From positions 26,938 through 90,937 of the forward strand of contig CAVOUI010000014.1 of assembly GCA_963699525.1 (NCBI GenBank): a stretch of 64,000 bases of DNA, read 5' to 3'. The DNA is from an uncultured beta proteobacterium (GTDB taxonomy: Bacteria > Pseudomonadota > Gammaproteobacteria > Burkholderiales > SG8-41). The translations under genes were made by a program, and so were the position numbers. Positions 48,094-58,250 of this stretch are shown here, piece by piece (positions within the stretch are counted from its first letter, which is position 1; every line of letters begins with the position of its first letter). Below the pieces are notes generated by a model. That model saw only the letters and a list, made by a program, of their open reading frames with translations. It was not told the DNA's origin and did no database searches.

Positions 48094-48121
48094 GCACGCC
48101 AGCGCTTTACGCGTTCATCCT

Positions 48122-49087
48122 TTAGTCGGCGCGCGCGCCCGAGGCGCGCACCACCGGCGCCCAGCGTTTGACCTCGGCGATCATGAAGTCGGTGAACGCC
48201 TTCGGGTCGAGGGCGTTCGGCTCGATGCCATCGGGCCGCAGCCGCTGGCGCACGTCCGGCAGCTGAAGGATCTTCCGCACCTCGGCATTGAGCCGATCGA
48301 CCACGTCCGCGGGCATGCCGGTCGGACCGGACAGCGAGAACCAGACGGTTCCCACGACGTCGCGGTAGCCGAGCTCCCGGTAAGTCGGGATGCCGGGGTA
48401 GTCGGCGAGCCGCTTCTCCGAGCTTAACGCGAGCGCCCGCACCCGGCCGGCTCGGATCTGCGTGCTGGCGGTGGTGAGGGTGGTCGAGATCGCATGGATG
48501 TTGCCGGCGACGATGTCGACCATCGCGACGGCGGCGCCCTTGTAGGGCACGTGCACGATGTCGATCTTCGCCCGCTGCGCGAAAACTTCTGCCATCAGGT
48601 GGCCCTGCGTCCCGATCCCGGGTGAGCCGTAGGTGAGCTCGTGGGGGCGCGACCGCGCGAGCGCGACGAATGCCTTCAGATCCTTCACGGGCAGCGACGG
48701 ATGGACCCCGAAGACCGCCGGCGGGCCGCCGAACAGCGCGATGTGCGTGAAGTCCCGGACCGGATCGAACGGGACTTTCGCCGCCAGCGCCGGCGCGATG
48801 ACGTGCGAGGCGACGCCGGAGACGACAAGCGTGTAGCCGTCCGGCGGGCTCTTCGCGACGAGCTCCGAGCCGAGCATGCCGCCCGCGCCGGGGCGGTTCT
48901 CCACGATGAACGACTGGCCCAGGCTTTCGGTGAGCTTCGCTGCGACAATGCGCCCGAGCGTATCGGCGGTGCCGCCCGGCGCGAAGGGCGCGATGATGCG
49001 CACCGACTTTGCCGGATATTGCTGCGGCCAGGCCGGCGCCGCCGCCAACAGGCCTAGCGCACCGAGCGCCACCCATACTGACTTCAT
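48122..49087 (-). CDS. Bug/TctC substrate-binding protein
   Basis: YPAKSVRIIAPFAPGGTAD, ENRPGAGG, PPDGYTL, HVPYKG; GAGGAGG RBS. Confidence 0.93.
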   Translation of the reverse strand: MKSVWVALGALGLLAAAPAWPQQYPAKSVRIIAPFAPGGTADTLGRIVAAKLTESLGQSFIVENRPGAGGMLGSELVAKSPPDGYTLVVSGVASHVIAPALAAKVPFDPVRDFTHIALFGGPPAVFGVHPSLPVKDLKAFVALARSRPHELTYGSPGIGTQGHLMAEVFAQRAKIDIVHVPYKGAAVAMVDIVAGNIHAISTTLTTASTQIRAGRVRALALSSEKRLADYPGIPTYRELGYRDVVGTVWFSLSGPTGMPADVVDRLNAEVRKILQLPDVRQRLRPDGIEPNALDPKAFTDFMIAEVKRWAPVVRASGARAD

Positions 49088-49110
49088 TGCTGATCCCTCC
49101 TCGTTATTAT

Positions 49111-50079
49111 TTATTCGACCTTGACGCCCGCCGCCTTCACCGCCTTGGCGTATTTCGCGATGTCGACGCGGGTCTGCGCCAGGTATTGCGCCGGCGTGTT
49201 GCCCACCGGCTCGATTCCGAGAGTGACGTAGCGGCCAGCCACATCCGGGTGCTGCACCGACTTGGCGATCGCCGCCGCCAGCTTGTTGATGACCGCTTTC
49301 GGCGTCTTCGCCGGCGCGAGCACGCCGATCGCGGGCGGGTAGTCGTAGTCCTTGATTCCCGTCACTTCGCTCACCGTCGGCACGTTGGGCGCCTGCGGGC
49401 TGCGCTTCAGGGTATTGACCGCGAGCAGCTTCACCCGTCCCGTCTTGATGTGCGCCTCGATCGCCGGCAGCGCCGAGAACACGAGCGCCACCTCGCCACT
49501 GATCATCGCCGGGATGGCGACACCGTTGCCCTTGTACGGCACGTGCACGATGTCCAGCCCGAGCGGAGTCTTCAGCGCCTCCATGCTGAGATGATGCACG
49601 CTGCCGATGCCGCCCGAGCCGTAGCTCATCTGGCCGGGCTTGGCCTTCACGAGCGCGATCAGCTCCTTCAGCGAATTGGCCGGCACCGAGGCGTTGGCGG
49701 TGAGGAACTGCGCCGAGGTACCCATGAGGGTGACCGGCGCGAAATCCCGCAGCGTGTCGTAGGAGAGCTTGGCGTAGAGCGCCGGGTTGATCGCGGTCTG
49801 CGCGACGTCGGCGATCAGCAGCGTGTAGCCGTCGGGCGTCGCGTTGGCGACGAGCTCGCACGCGCCGATGCCGCCCGCGCCGGGCCGGTTGTCGACGACG
49901 ACCTGCTGCTTGAGGATTTCGGTGAGCTTCACCGCGGCGAGGCGGGTCATGGTGTCGGGGAGGCCGCCGGCCGCGTACGGCACCACCATGCGGATCGGCC
50001 GCGTCGGGAAATCCTGCGCGCCGGCGGCGCCGACGCACATCAGGCCCGCGAGCACGCTCAACAGCCATTTGCGAATCAT
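49111..50079 (-). CDS. Bug/TctC substrate-binding protein
   Basis: FPTRPIRMVVPYAAGG, DNRPGAGG, PDGYTLL, HVPYKG. Confidence 0.93.
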   Translation of the reverse strand: MIRKWLLSVLAGLMCVGAAGAQDFPTRPIRMVVPYAAGGLPDTMTRLAAVKLTEILKQQVVVDNRPGAGGIGACELVANATPDGYTLLIADVAQTAINPALYAKLSYDTLRDFAPVTLMGTSAQFLTANASVPANSLKELIALVKAKPGQMSYGSGGIGSVHHLSMEALKTPLGLDIVHVPYKGNGVAIPAMISGEVALVFSALPAIEAHIKTGRVKLLAVNTLKRSPQAPNVPTVSEVTGIKDYDYPPAIGVLAPAKTPKAVINKLAAAIAKSVQHPDVAGRYVTLGIEPVGNTPAQYLAQTRVDIAKYAKAVKAAGVKVE

Positions 50080-50176
50080 GGGAAGTTCCTCCTCGTTGTG
50101 GGTTGCGCCGCCAGGGCGCCTTTGTGTACTGCGAGTTTAAACCATGCGCGCTGCGAGCTGGAACGCCGTCCGGATC

Positions 50177-51364
50177 TCAACGACGCCGGCGCCCGCGGCG
50201 CGGCCAGAGGCGCTTCGTCGCGAGGCGCGCCCCCGCCGCCAGCGCCTCGAGCTTGGCCCACGCGATCTTCGCGTGGCCGACGCGCGGTCCGAGCCCGCAG
50301 TCGGTACCGCCCATCACATTCTCCCGCCCGACGAGCTTTGCATAGCGCACCAGGCGCTCGGCCACCAGCTCGGGGTGCTCGATGAAATCCGAGTAGTGGC
50401 CGACGACGCCGGGGATCAGCACCGCGCCCTCCGGAAGCTTCACGTCCTCGAACACCCGCCACTCGTGCTGGTGGCAGGGGTTGGAGGCCTCGATGGAATA
50501 GGCGGAGGCGCGCACCCGGAAGATGATGTCGATGATGCGCTCGAGCGGGATGTCGTGCTGGTGCGGGCCGTGGAAGCTGCCCCAGCACACGTGCAGCCGG
50601 ATGCTCTCCCGCGGGATGCCGCGCAGCGCGTGGTTCAACGCGTCCACCCGCATCGTCGCGTACCTGCGGTAGCCGGCGACGCTCATACCCGGGTACATCT
50701 GCCAGCCGTCGGGGAGGTCGGGGTCGTCGATCTGCAGGAGAAAGCCCGCGTCCACGATCGCCTTGTATTCCTCGCGCATCGCCTCGGCGATCGCGTAGAC
50801 GAAGGCCTCCTCGTCGGCGTAGTGCTCGTTGCGCAGCCAGTGCTCGATCGTGCCGGGCGTGTTGGCGGACAGGAACGCTTCCGGCACCTTCGCGCCGCGC
50901 AGCGCCGCCCGGAAGTTCTCGAGATCGTCCTTGAGCGCGGCGTGGCCGACGTACTTCAGCGGCGCGACGCAGAACACCTGCGGCCGGCTCGGACCTGCCC
51001 CGGCGAAGGCGCCGAAGCCGCGGCCGCCGGCCTCGAAGTACTCGGGGAACTTGAGGAGATCCCGCCCGGCGATGGACAGCGGCTTCGGGCTCTTGCCCGG
51101 CACGTAGGGGCGCGTCTCGAAGCCGGCCAGGCGCTCGCGCACGTAATTGTTGAAGTTGGTCTTGCCGAGCTCGCCGTCGTTGACGCTGTCCACGCCGCAG
51201 GCGACCTGCCGGCGCACGACCTCGGCGACTTCGCTTTTCAGTCGGGTGGAGAGCGCCTGCCCGTCATAGGGCCGGCCCTCGGCCCGCGCGAAGACGAGCT
51301 CCTTCAACTCCTCGGAGCGCGGGAGCGATCCAGCGTGCGTGGTCAGAATGCGATTGCGCTTCAT
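50177..51364 (-). CDS. Cobalamin-independent methionine synthase II-like Zn protein (catalytic domain only)
   Basis: RILTTHAGSLPR, NDGE, LQIDDP, LHVCWGS, IEA.NP.H.HEW, GTDCG. Confidence 0.9.
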   Translation of the reverse strand: MKRNRILTTHAGSLPRSEELKELVFARAEGRPYDGQALSTRLKSEVAEVVRRQVACGVDSVNDGELGKTNFNNYVRERLAGFETRPYVPGKSPKPLSIAGRDLLKFPEYFEAGGRGFGAFAGAGPSRPQVFCVAPLKYVGHAALKDDLENFRAALRGAKVPEAFLSANTPGTIEHWLRNEHYADEEAFVYAIAEAMREEYKAIVDAGFLLQIDDPDLPDGWQMYPGMSVAGYRRYATMRVDALNHALRGIPRESIRLHVCWGSFHGPHQHDIPLERIIDIIFRVRASAYSIEASNPCHQHEWRVFEDVKLPEGAVLIPGVVGHYSDFIEHPELVAERLVRYAKLVGRENVMGGTDCGLGPRVGHAKIAWAKLEALAAGARLATKRLWPRRGRRRR

Positions 51365-51449
51365 GCCCTGCTCGTCCTCCCGCCGCGCGAGTTTCGACGA
51401 ACCGGCGCTTGCCTGTCAACGCCCGCGACACTGGTGCTAGGATAACGGC

Positions 51450-53237
51450 GTGCCGCAATCTCCCGGCTTCGTTCCGCCGCCCAAGGGCGATCTCTCCCAC
51501 CTGGCGCGTCTCGGCCGCTTCGTCCTGCCGTACCGCGGACGCATCGCCGCCGCGCTCCTTGCGCTGGTGACCGCCGCGGGCTGCGTGCTGGCGCTGGGGC
51601 AGGGGCTGCGCCATGTCGTGGACGCGGGCTTCGGCAGCGGCGATCCGCGCCTGCTCAATGCGGCGCTTGCGGCGGTCGTCACCGTTGCCGTCGTGCTGGC
51701 GTGCGCGACGTGGGTGCGCTTCTACCTCATGATGAGCGTCGGCGAGCGCATCATCGCCGACCTGCGGAGGACGGTGTTCGCGCACGTCCTCACGCTCTCG
51801 CCCACGTTCTTCGATTCGGCCCGCACCGGCGAGATCGCCTCGCGCCTCACCAACGATTCGGAGCAGCTGCGGCAGGTGATCGGCTTTGGCCTCTCGATGC
51901 TGCTCCGGAACGGCCTCATGATGGTGGGCGCGCTGGTGCTGCTCTTCGCCACCAGCGCGAAGCTCGCCGCGCTGATCGTGCTCGGCGTGCCGGCGACGCT
52001 CATCCCGATCCTGCTGATGGGCCGGCGCGTGCGGCGGCTGTCGCGCGTCAACCAGGACCGGGTGGCGGACGTCTCCGCCCACGTCGACGAATCCCTGCAC
52101 GAGATCCGCACGGTGCAGGCCTATCGCCACGAGGAGCGGACGCGCGAGCAGTTCAATGGCGCGACTTCGGCGGCCCTGGAAGCCGGCCTTCATCGCGTGC
52201 GGGTGAAGGCGTGGCTGATCTCGCTCGTGATGCTGATCGGCTTCTGCGCCGTGGGTGTCATCCTGTGGATCGGCGGCCACGACGTGTTCGCCGGCCGCAT
52301 GAGCGCGGGAGAGCTTTCGGCGTTCGTGTTCTACGCCGCGATCGTCGCCAGCGGCGCGGGCACGGTGTCGGAGGTGTGGGGCGAGATCCAGCGCGGCGCG
52401 GGGGCGACCGAGCGGCTGATGGAATTGATCGATACCCCGCCCGCGCTCGTCACCGCCGCGCCCGTCATCAAGCTGCCGCCGCGCGTCGCCGGCGCGATCC
52501 GCTTCGACGAGGTGACGTTCGCGTATCCCTCCCGGCCGGAGGTCATCGCGCTCGGCCCGGTATCCTTCGCGATCGGCCCCGGCGAGCGCGTGGCGCTGGT
52601 CGGCCCGTCCGGCGCGGGCAAGTCCACCGTGTTCGCGCTGCTGCTGCGCTTCTACGATCCGGCCTCGGGACGCGTTCTCGTGGACGGCGCCGACATCCGG
52701 CACTGCGAGCCGGAGGATCTGCGCCGCGCGGTCGCGCTGGTGCCGCAGGACCCGGTGATCTTCGCCGCGAGCGTGACCGAGAACGTGCGCTTCGGCCGGC
52801 CGGACGCGCACTTCGAGGCGGTGCGGGAAGCGTGCGCCGCGGCGCACGCACTGGAATTCATCGAGCGCCTGCCGCAGGGCTTCGACACCGACCTTGGCGA
52901 GCGCGGCGTCAAGCTCTCGGGCGGGCAGCGCCAGCGCATCTCGATCGCGCGCGCGATCCTCGCCGACCGGCCGGTGCTGCTGCTCGACGAGGCGACGAGC
53001 TCGCTCGACGCCGAGAGCGAGCGCCAGGTTGCGCAGGCGCTCGAGCGCCTCGCGCGCGGGCGCACGACGCTCGTCATTGCGCATCGCCTCGCGACCGTGC
53101 GCCACGCCGACCGCATCATCGTGCTCGACCGGGGGCGCATCCACTCGGCGGGCACTCACGAGGATCTCCTGCGCGCCGACGGCCTCTACGCGCATCTGGC
53201 GCGGCTGCAGTTCATCGCCGAGGGCGAAGCGGCCTGA
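51450..53237 (+). CDS. ABC exporter, fused permease + ATPase (MsbA-like)
   Basis: Six-TM N-terminal half; GPSGAGKS, LSGGQRQR, LLLDEATSSLD, IAHRL. Confidence 0.95.
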   Translation: MPQSPGFVPPPKGDLSHLARLGRFVLPYRGRIAAALLALVTAAGCVLALGQGLRHVVDAGFGSGDPRLLNAALAAVVTVAVVLACATWVRFYLMMSVGERIIADLRRTVFAHVLTLSPTFFDSARTGEIASRLTNDSEQLRQVIGFGLSMLLRNGLMMVGALVLLFATSAKLAALIVLGVPATLIPILLMGRRVRRLSRVNQDRVADVSAHVDESLHEIRTVQAYRHEERTREQFNGATSAALEAGLHRVRVKAWLISLVMLIGFCAVGVILWIGGHDVFAGRMSAGELSAFVFYAAIVASGAGTVSEVWGEIQRGAGATERLMELIDTPPALVTAAPVIKLPPRVAGAIRFDEVTFAYPSRPEVIALGPVSFAIGPGERVALVGPSGAGKSTVFALLLRFYDPASGRVLVDGADIRHCEPEDLRRAVALVPQDPVIFAASVTENVRFGRPDAHFEAVREACAAAHALEFIERLPQGFDTDLGERGVKLSGGQRQRISIARAILADRPVLLLDEATSSLDAESERQVAQALERLARGRTTLVIAHRLATVRHADRIIVLDRGRIHSAGTHEDLLRADGLYAHLARLQFIAEGEAA

Positions 53238-53240
53238 GGG

Positions 53241-54206
53241 ATGAGGGCTGACCTGACATTGGCTGCGATGCTGACCATCGCGCTGCTGTGCGGCGTAGCC
53301 AGTGCGCAGCAATACCCCTCGCGGCCGGTGCGTTTCCTTGTTCCCAATCCGCCGGGCGGAGGCACGGACCTCGTGGCGCGGATCGTGTCGCAGAAAGTCT
53401 CCGAGCGGTGGGGCCTCAACCTCGTCGTGGACAATCGCCCGGGAGCCGGCGGAATCATCGCCGTCGAGGTCGCGGCGAAGGCGGCGCCCGACGGCTACAC
53501 GCTGCTGATGGCCCACTTTCCGCTCGCCATCACCGTCAACATCGCCAAGGTCTCGTTCGATCCCGTGCGCGATTTCGCGCCCGTGATCCTGCTGGCGACG
53601 ACGCAGAACGCGCTCGCGGTGAATCCCGCCGTGCCCGCGAAGTCGGTGAAGGAGCTGATCGCGCTGGCCAAGTCGAAGCCGGGCGAGCTGCGCTACGCCT
53701 CGGGCGGCAACGGCACCTCGATGCACGTGTCGGCCGAGCTGTTCGCTCTGATGGCGGGCGTCAGCCTGACCCACGTACCCTACAAGGGCGCGGGACCGGC
53801 GCTGGTGGACCTCATCAGCGGGCAGGTGCAGGCGAGCTTCGTTTCGGTGCCCGCCGTGGCGCCGCACATCAAGTCGGGCAAGGTGAGGGGGCTGGCCGTC
53901 ACGGGGTCCCGGCGTTCGCCGCTCGTTCCCGACCTGCCCACATTGTCGGAGGCGGGGCTCAAGGGCTACGGCTCGGAGCAGTGGTACGGCGTGCTGGTTC
54001 CGCGGGCGACGCCGCGCGCGATCGTCGAGCGCCTGAACCGGGATTTCGCGTGGGCGCTCGGCCAGCCCGACACGCGCTCGCGGCTGCAGGACAGCGGATT
54101 TGAAATTGCGTCGAGCACGACCGAAGCGTCATTCGGCGCCTTCCTCGCGAGCGAGATCGCCAAGTGGGCGCAGGTCGTCAAGAAAGCCGGAATAAAGGCT
54201 GAGTAA
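53241..54206 (+). CDS. Bug/TctC substrate-binding protein
   Basis: YPSRPVRFLVPNPPGGGTD, DNRPGAGG, APDGYTLL, HVPYKGAG. Confidence 0.93.
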   Translation: MRADLTLAAMLTIALLCGVASAQQYPSRPVRFLVPNPPGGGTDLVARIVSQKVSERWGLNLVVDNRPGAGGIIAVEVAAKAAPDGYTLLMAHFPLAITVNIAKVSFDPVRDFAPVILLATTQNALAVNPAVPAKSVKELIALAKSKPGELRYASGGNGTSMHVSAELFALMAGVSLTHVPYKGAGPALVDLISGQVQASFVSVPAVAPHIKSGKVRGLAVTGSRRSPLVPDLPTLSEAGLKGYGSEQWYGVLVPRATPRAIVERLNRDFAWALGQPDTRSRLQDSGFEIASSTTEASFGAFLASEIAKWAQVVKKAGIKAE

Positions 54207-54277
54207 TCGGGTATCATCCCGTTGTAGCCGTCCTATTCCTGACCCCACTTTCGTTCCATTCCTTTCGGAGAACCCGC

Positions 54278-55115
54278 ATGATCGCATCGTCTTTTTCGCG
54301 TCGTTCGTTACTTGACGCTGATCCTGACCCTTGCCACCGCCGTTGCGTTCGCGCAGGACAAGCCGGCAAGCAGCGACTACCAGCCGGAGGTCGGCCAGTC
54401 CGGCAAGGACGTGGTCTGGGTGCCCACGCCCCAGTCGCTGGTGAACAAGATGCTCGACCTCGCCAAGGTCACGCCCGCGGACTTCGTGATCGACCTCGGC
54501 TCCGGCGACGGGCGCACCGTCATCACCGCCGCCAAGCGCGGCGCGCGCGCCCTCGGCATCGAGTACAACCCGGAAATGGTCGCGCTGTCGCAGCGCAACG
54601 CGGCGAAGGAGGGGGTCACCGACAAGGCGGCGTTCATGAAGGCCGACCTCTTCGAGAGCGATTTTTCGAAGGCCACCGTAATCACGATGTTCCTCCTCCC
54701 GGATATCAATCTGAAGCTCCGCCCGAAGATTCTCGATCTCAAGCCCGGGACGCGCATCGTGTCCAATTCCTTCACCATGGGGGAGTGGCAGCATGACCGC
54801 AGCGTCCAGGCGACCGAGAGCGAGGGCTGCCAGTCCTATTGCACCGCCTATCTCTGGATCGTCCCGGCCAAGGTCGACGGCAAGTGGAAGCTGCCGGAAG
54901 GCGAGCTCACCCTCAAGCAGAGCTTCCAGATGATCACGGGCACGCTCACGGCGGGCGGCAAATCGACCCCCATCAAGGGTCGCCTGAGCGGGGACCAGAT
55001 CACGTTCAAGGCCGGCAACACCGAGTATCGCGGGCGCGTCGCCGCCGACGACATCCGGGGCACCGTCAAGGCCGGCAGCGGCGCTGGCGAATGGTCCGCC
55101 CACAGGAGCGGGTAA
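54278..55115 (+). CDS. Class I SAM-dependent methyltransferase with export signal (apparent indel near 54310)
   Basis: KDVVWVPTP, IDLGSGDGRTVI, GIEYNP, DLFE.DFS.ATVITMFLL, LKPGTRIVSNSF; GGAG RBS before ATG 54278. Confidence 0.85.
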
Positions 55116-55143
55116 AGAAGCGGCGCGGTTGCGGGGAAAGCCG

Positions 55144-56370
55144 ATGCGCAAGCTGAGGACGCAGCGCGACAACCAGCAGTGGATGCTCGACCTCGCGCTC
55201 AACATGCGCGGGCGCGTGCAGAACTTCGAGCGCGACGACCTCGAGGTGCCGCCGGGCAAGCGCGCGCGCAACTACCGCATGCTGCCCAAGGTGTGGCGCG
55301 AGGCGGCGGAGCGGCACGAAAAGCTCGCCCGGCGCGCCGACGCGATGGGCGCGCGCGAGACGGCGACCTACCACTACGACCACGCGATCGAGTCCTATCG
55401 CATGGCGCAGCACCCGATCTATTTCGACGACCACCCCGTCAAGATCGCGTTGAGCCGCAAGCTCGCCGAGATGGTGGACCGCCGCTCGAAAGTCGCGGCC
55501 TACCCGATCGAGCGCGTGGAAGTGCCGTTCGGCGGCGGGAAGACCATCTCCTGCCTGCTGCATCTCCTGCCGGACCGCAGGCGGGCCCCGGTCGTGATCT
55601 ACGTCCCGGGCATGGACCAGACCAAAGAGGTGTTCCCGAAGGCGTACCACAACATCGCGCTTTCGCGCGGCTTCCACGTGCTCGCCATGGACGGGCCGGG
55701 GCAGGGGTCCTCCAACCTGCAGAAGATCCGCGCGGTGAAGGACAACTACGAGCGCGCGGGCGCGGCGGTGATCAGCACTCTCATGAAGCGGCCCGAGATC
55801 GACGCGAAAAAAATCGCGATCTACGGCATCAGCATGGGCAGCTACTGGTCGCTGCGGCTGTCGAGCTACGACCACCGCGCGGCGGCGGTGGTGAGCGCGG
55901 TCGCGTGCTTCAATCCGAACAATACGATCTTCACGCAGTCCTCGCCCCGCTTCAAGCAGATGTTCATGTACATGGCGGGCTACGACGACGAGGCGAAGTT
56001 CGACCGGGACGTGGCGAGCGGCATGACCGTGCGCGGCTACCTCGGAAAGGTGAAGTGCCCGACGCTCCTCGTCACCGGCGAGTTCGATCCGCTCTGTCCG
56101 CTGGAGGACGCGGTCGAGGCCTACCACGATCTCAAGGTCCCGAAGGAGATGTGGGTCTTCGAGAACCAGTATCACCCGCTGTGGAGCATCTCCAACCTCG
56201 GCGGCCTGGACACCCACGACTACGTGATGGATTGGCTGAAGGGCCTGTTCTCGGGCAAGCGCGTGCCCACGAAGCGCGGCCGCATCGCCTACATCCGCGA
56301 GAGCGGCGACGGGCCGTGGGGGAAGTGCGATTGGGTGCCGACCATCAAACCCGGCCAGGCCTACTTCTAG
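55144..56370 (+). CDS. Alpha/beta hydrolase, 2,6-dihydroxypseudooxynicotine hydrolase/FrsA-like
   Basis: IERVEVPF, PGMDQTKE, DGPGQG, GISMG nucleophile elbow, GEFDPL. Confidence 0.85.
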   Translation: MRKLRTQRDNQQWMLDLALNMRGRVQNFERDDLEVPPGKRARNYRMLPKVWREAAERHEKLARRADAMGARETATYHYDHAIESYRMAQHPIYFDDHPVKIALSRKLAEMVDRRSKVAAYPIERVEVPFGGGKTISCLLHLLPDRRRAPVVIYVPGMDQTKEVFPKAYHNIALSRGFHVLAMDGPGQGSSNLQKIRAVKDNYERAGAAVISTLMKRPEIDAKKIAIYGISMGSYWSLRLSSYDHRAAAVVSAVACFNPNNTIFTQSSPRFKQMFMYMAGYDDEAKFDRDVASGMTVRGYLGKVKCPTLLVTGEFDPLCPLEDAVEAYHDLKVPKEMWVFENQYHPLWSISNLGGLDTHDYVMDWLKGLFSGKRVPTKRGRIAYIRESGDGPWGKCDWVPTIKPGQAYF

Positions 56371-56397
56371 CCGTAACCCGCTCACGAGGAGCGCCGC

Positions 56398-57199
56398 ATG
56401 GACGTGCCCGTGGCAACGAACAAGATCATCGCGCGCAAGGACGGCGCGATCGGCTGGGTTGTCTTCAACAACCCGGAGAAGCGCAACGCCATGTCGCTCG
56501 AGATGTACGAGGCGACCACGGCGGCGATGGACGAGCTACGCGAAGGATCCGGCGATTCGCGTCGTGATCCTCAGGGGCGAGGGCGAGAAGGCATTCATTT
56601 CCGGCGCCGACATCTCGCAGTTCAAGGACCGGCGCTCGAACGCGGAGCAGGTGAAAGCGGCCGAGGCGATCTCCGAAGGGTGCAACAAGGCCATCCGCGA
56701 CTGCCCGAAGCCCGTGATGGCCATGATCCGCGGCTACTGCATGGGCGGCGGCCTCGGAATCGCCGTCGCCTGCGACCTGCGCATCGCCGCGGACGATTCG
56801 CGCTTCGGCATCCCGGCGGCGAAGCTCGGCGTCGGCTACCGGTTCGCGGGCGTGAGACGGCTCACGGAGCTGGTCGGGCCGTCGTTCACCGCGGAGATTT
56901 TTTACACGGGCCGCCAGTTCAACGCGCAGGAGGCGCTGCAGATGGGGCTGGTGAATCGCATCCTGCCCGCCGCCGAGCTGGAAAAGTTCGTGATGGACTA
57001 CGCGGCGACGCTCTCGAACAACGCGCCCCTCACGATCGCCGCGGTGAAGCGCTCGTTGATCGAGCTGCGCAAGGACCCCGGCGAGCGCGACCTCGCGCTG
57101 TGCCAGAAGATGGTGGACGACTGCTTCGCGAGCGAGGACTACAAGGAGGGGCAGACGGCGTTCATGGAGAAGCGCAAGCCGGTCTTCAAGGGTCGCTGA
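56398..57199 (+). CDS. Enoyl-CoA hydratase/crotonase family protein (apparent frameshift near 56535)
   Basis: FNNPEKRNAMS in the first frame; AFISGADI, GYCMGGG, FGIPAAKLG, AFMEKRKP in the second. Confidence 0.88.
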
Positions 57200-57200
57200 C

Positions 57201-58227
57201 ATGGCGAAGCGATGGAAGAAGCGCCCGCCCGGGTCGAACTGGGGCGAGTTCGGGGATGACGACACGCGCGGCAGGATGAACCTGCTCACGGAGGAGCGGC
57301 GGCTGCGGGCGCTCAAGGAAGTGAAGACCGGCCGCGCGTTCTGCCTGAGCCATCCCCTCGACCGGCCGGGCGGCAACGTCCTCAACCCGCACCGCTTCGC
57401 GCCCGTGTTCCACCCGGTCATGCGCGACGGGCAGGCCTATTTCAATCTCGCCTTCGACAAGTTCGATCCGCGCTTCACCGACGTGGGCTCGGACGAGGCG
57501 GTCATGCTCTACACCCAGTACTCGACGCACTGGGACGGGTTCCCCCACAAGGGATCGCTGTTCGACGCGGACGGCGACGATGCCGCGGAGAAGGTTTTCT
57601 ACAACGGCTACCGGATCGTGGACGCCGCCGGCCGCGGGCGGCAAGGCGACCTCGGCGCGGTCGCGCTCGGCATCGAGGGCATGGCGGAGACGGGCGTGCA
57701 GGGACGCGGGGTCCTGATCGACCTGCGCCATCACCTCGGCGATGAGCGCGTCGAAGTCCGCTTCGACCGCCTGGAAATGATCATGAAGGTGGACAGCGTC
57801 CGGGTGGAGAAGGGCGACATCGTGTGCATCCACACCGGCCTCGGGCAGTTGATCCGCGAGGCCGACGGCAAGCTCGATCCCTCGATCCGGCGCGCGTGCG
57901 CGGTGCTCGACGGCTACGACAAGCGGCTGCTCGAATGGATCGCCGACAGCGGGATCGCCGCGATCGCAGCCGACAACCTGGCCGTGGAGCGCTCGTCCAC
58001 CCTCGGCGCGGACCCGCGCCTGCCCCATCGCGGGCCGGCCCTGCCGCTGCACGAGCACTGCCTGTTCAAGCTGGGGATACACCTCGGCGAGCTGTGGTAC
58101 CTGACGGAGCTCGCCGCCTGGCTGCGGGAGCGCCACCGCAGCAGCTTTCTCCTGACCGCGCCGCCGCTGCGGCTGCCCGGGCTGCGTCGCCGGCTCACCG
58201 GTGCACACCGGTGTGCCGACGGTGTGA
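57201..58227 (+). CDS. Cyclase family protein (kynurenine formamidase-like); 3' end disturbed by indels
   Basis: SNWGEFG.DD..G.MNLLT, TQYSTHWDG, GRGVLID, ADNLAVE, LGELW, APPLRLPG; probable stop TGA ~58227. Confidence 0.85.
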
Positions 58228-58250
58228 CCTCGTCGAGGGGGAAGGAGACC

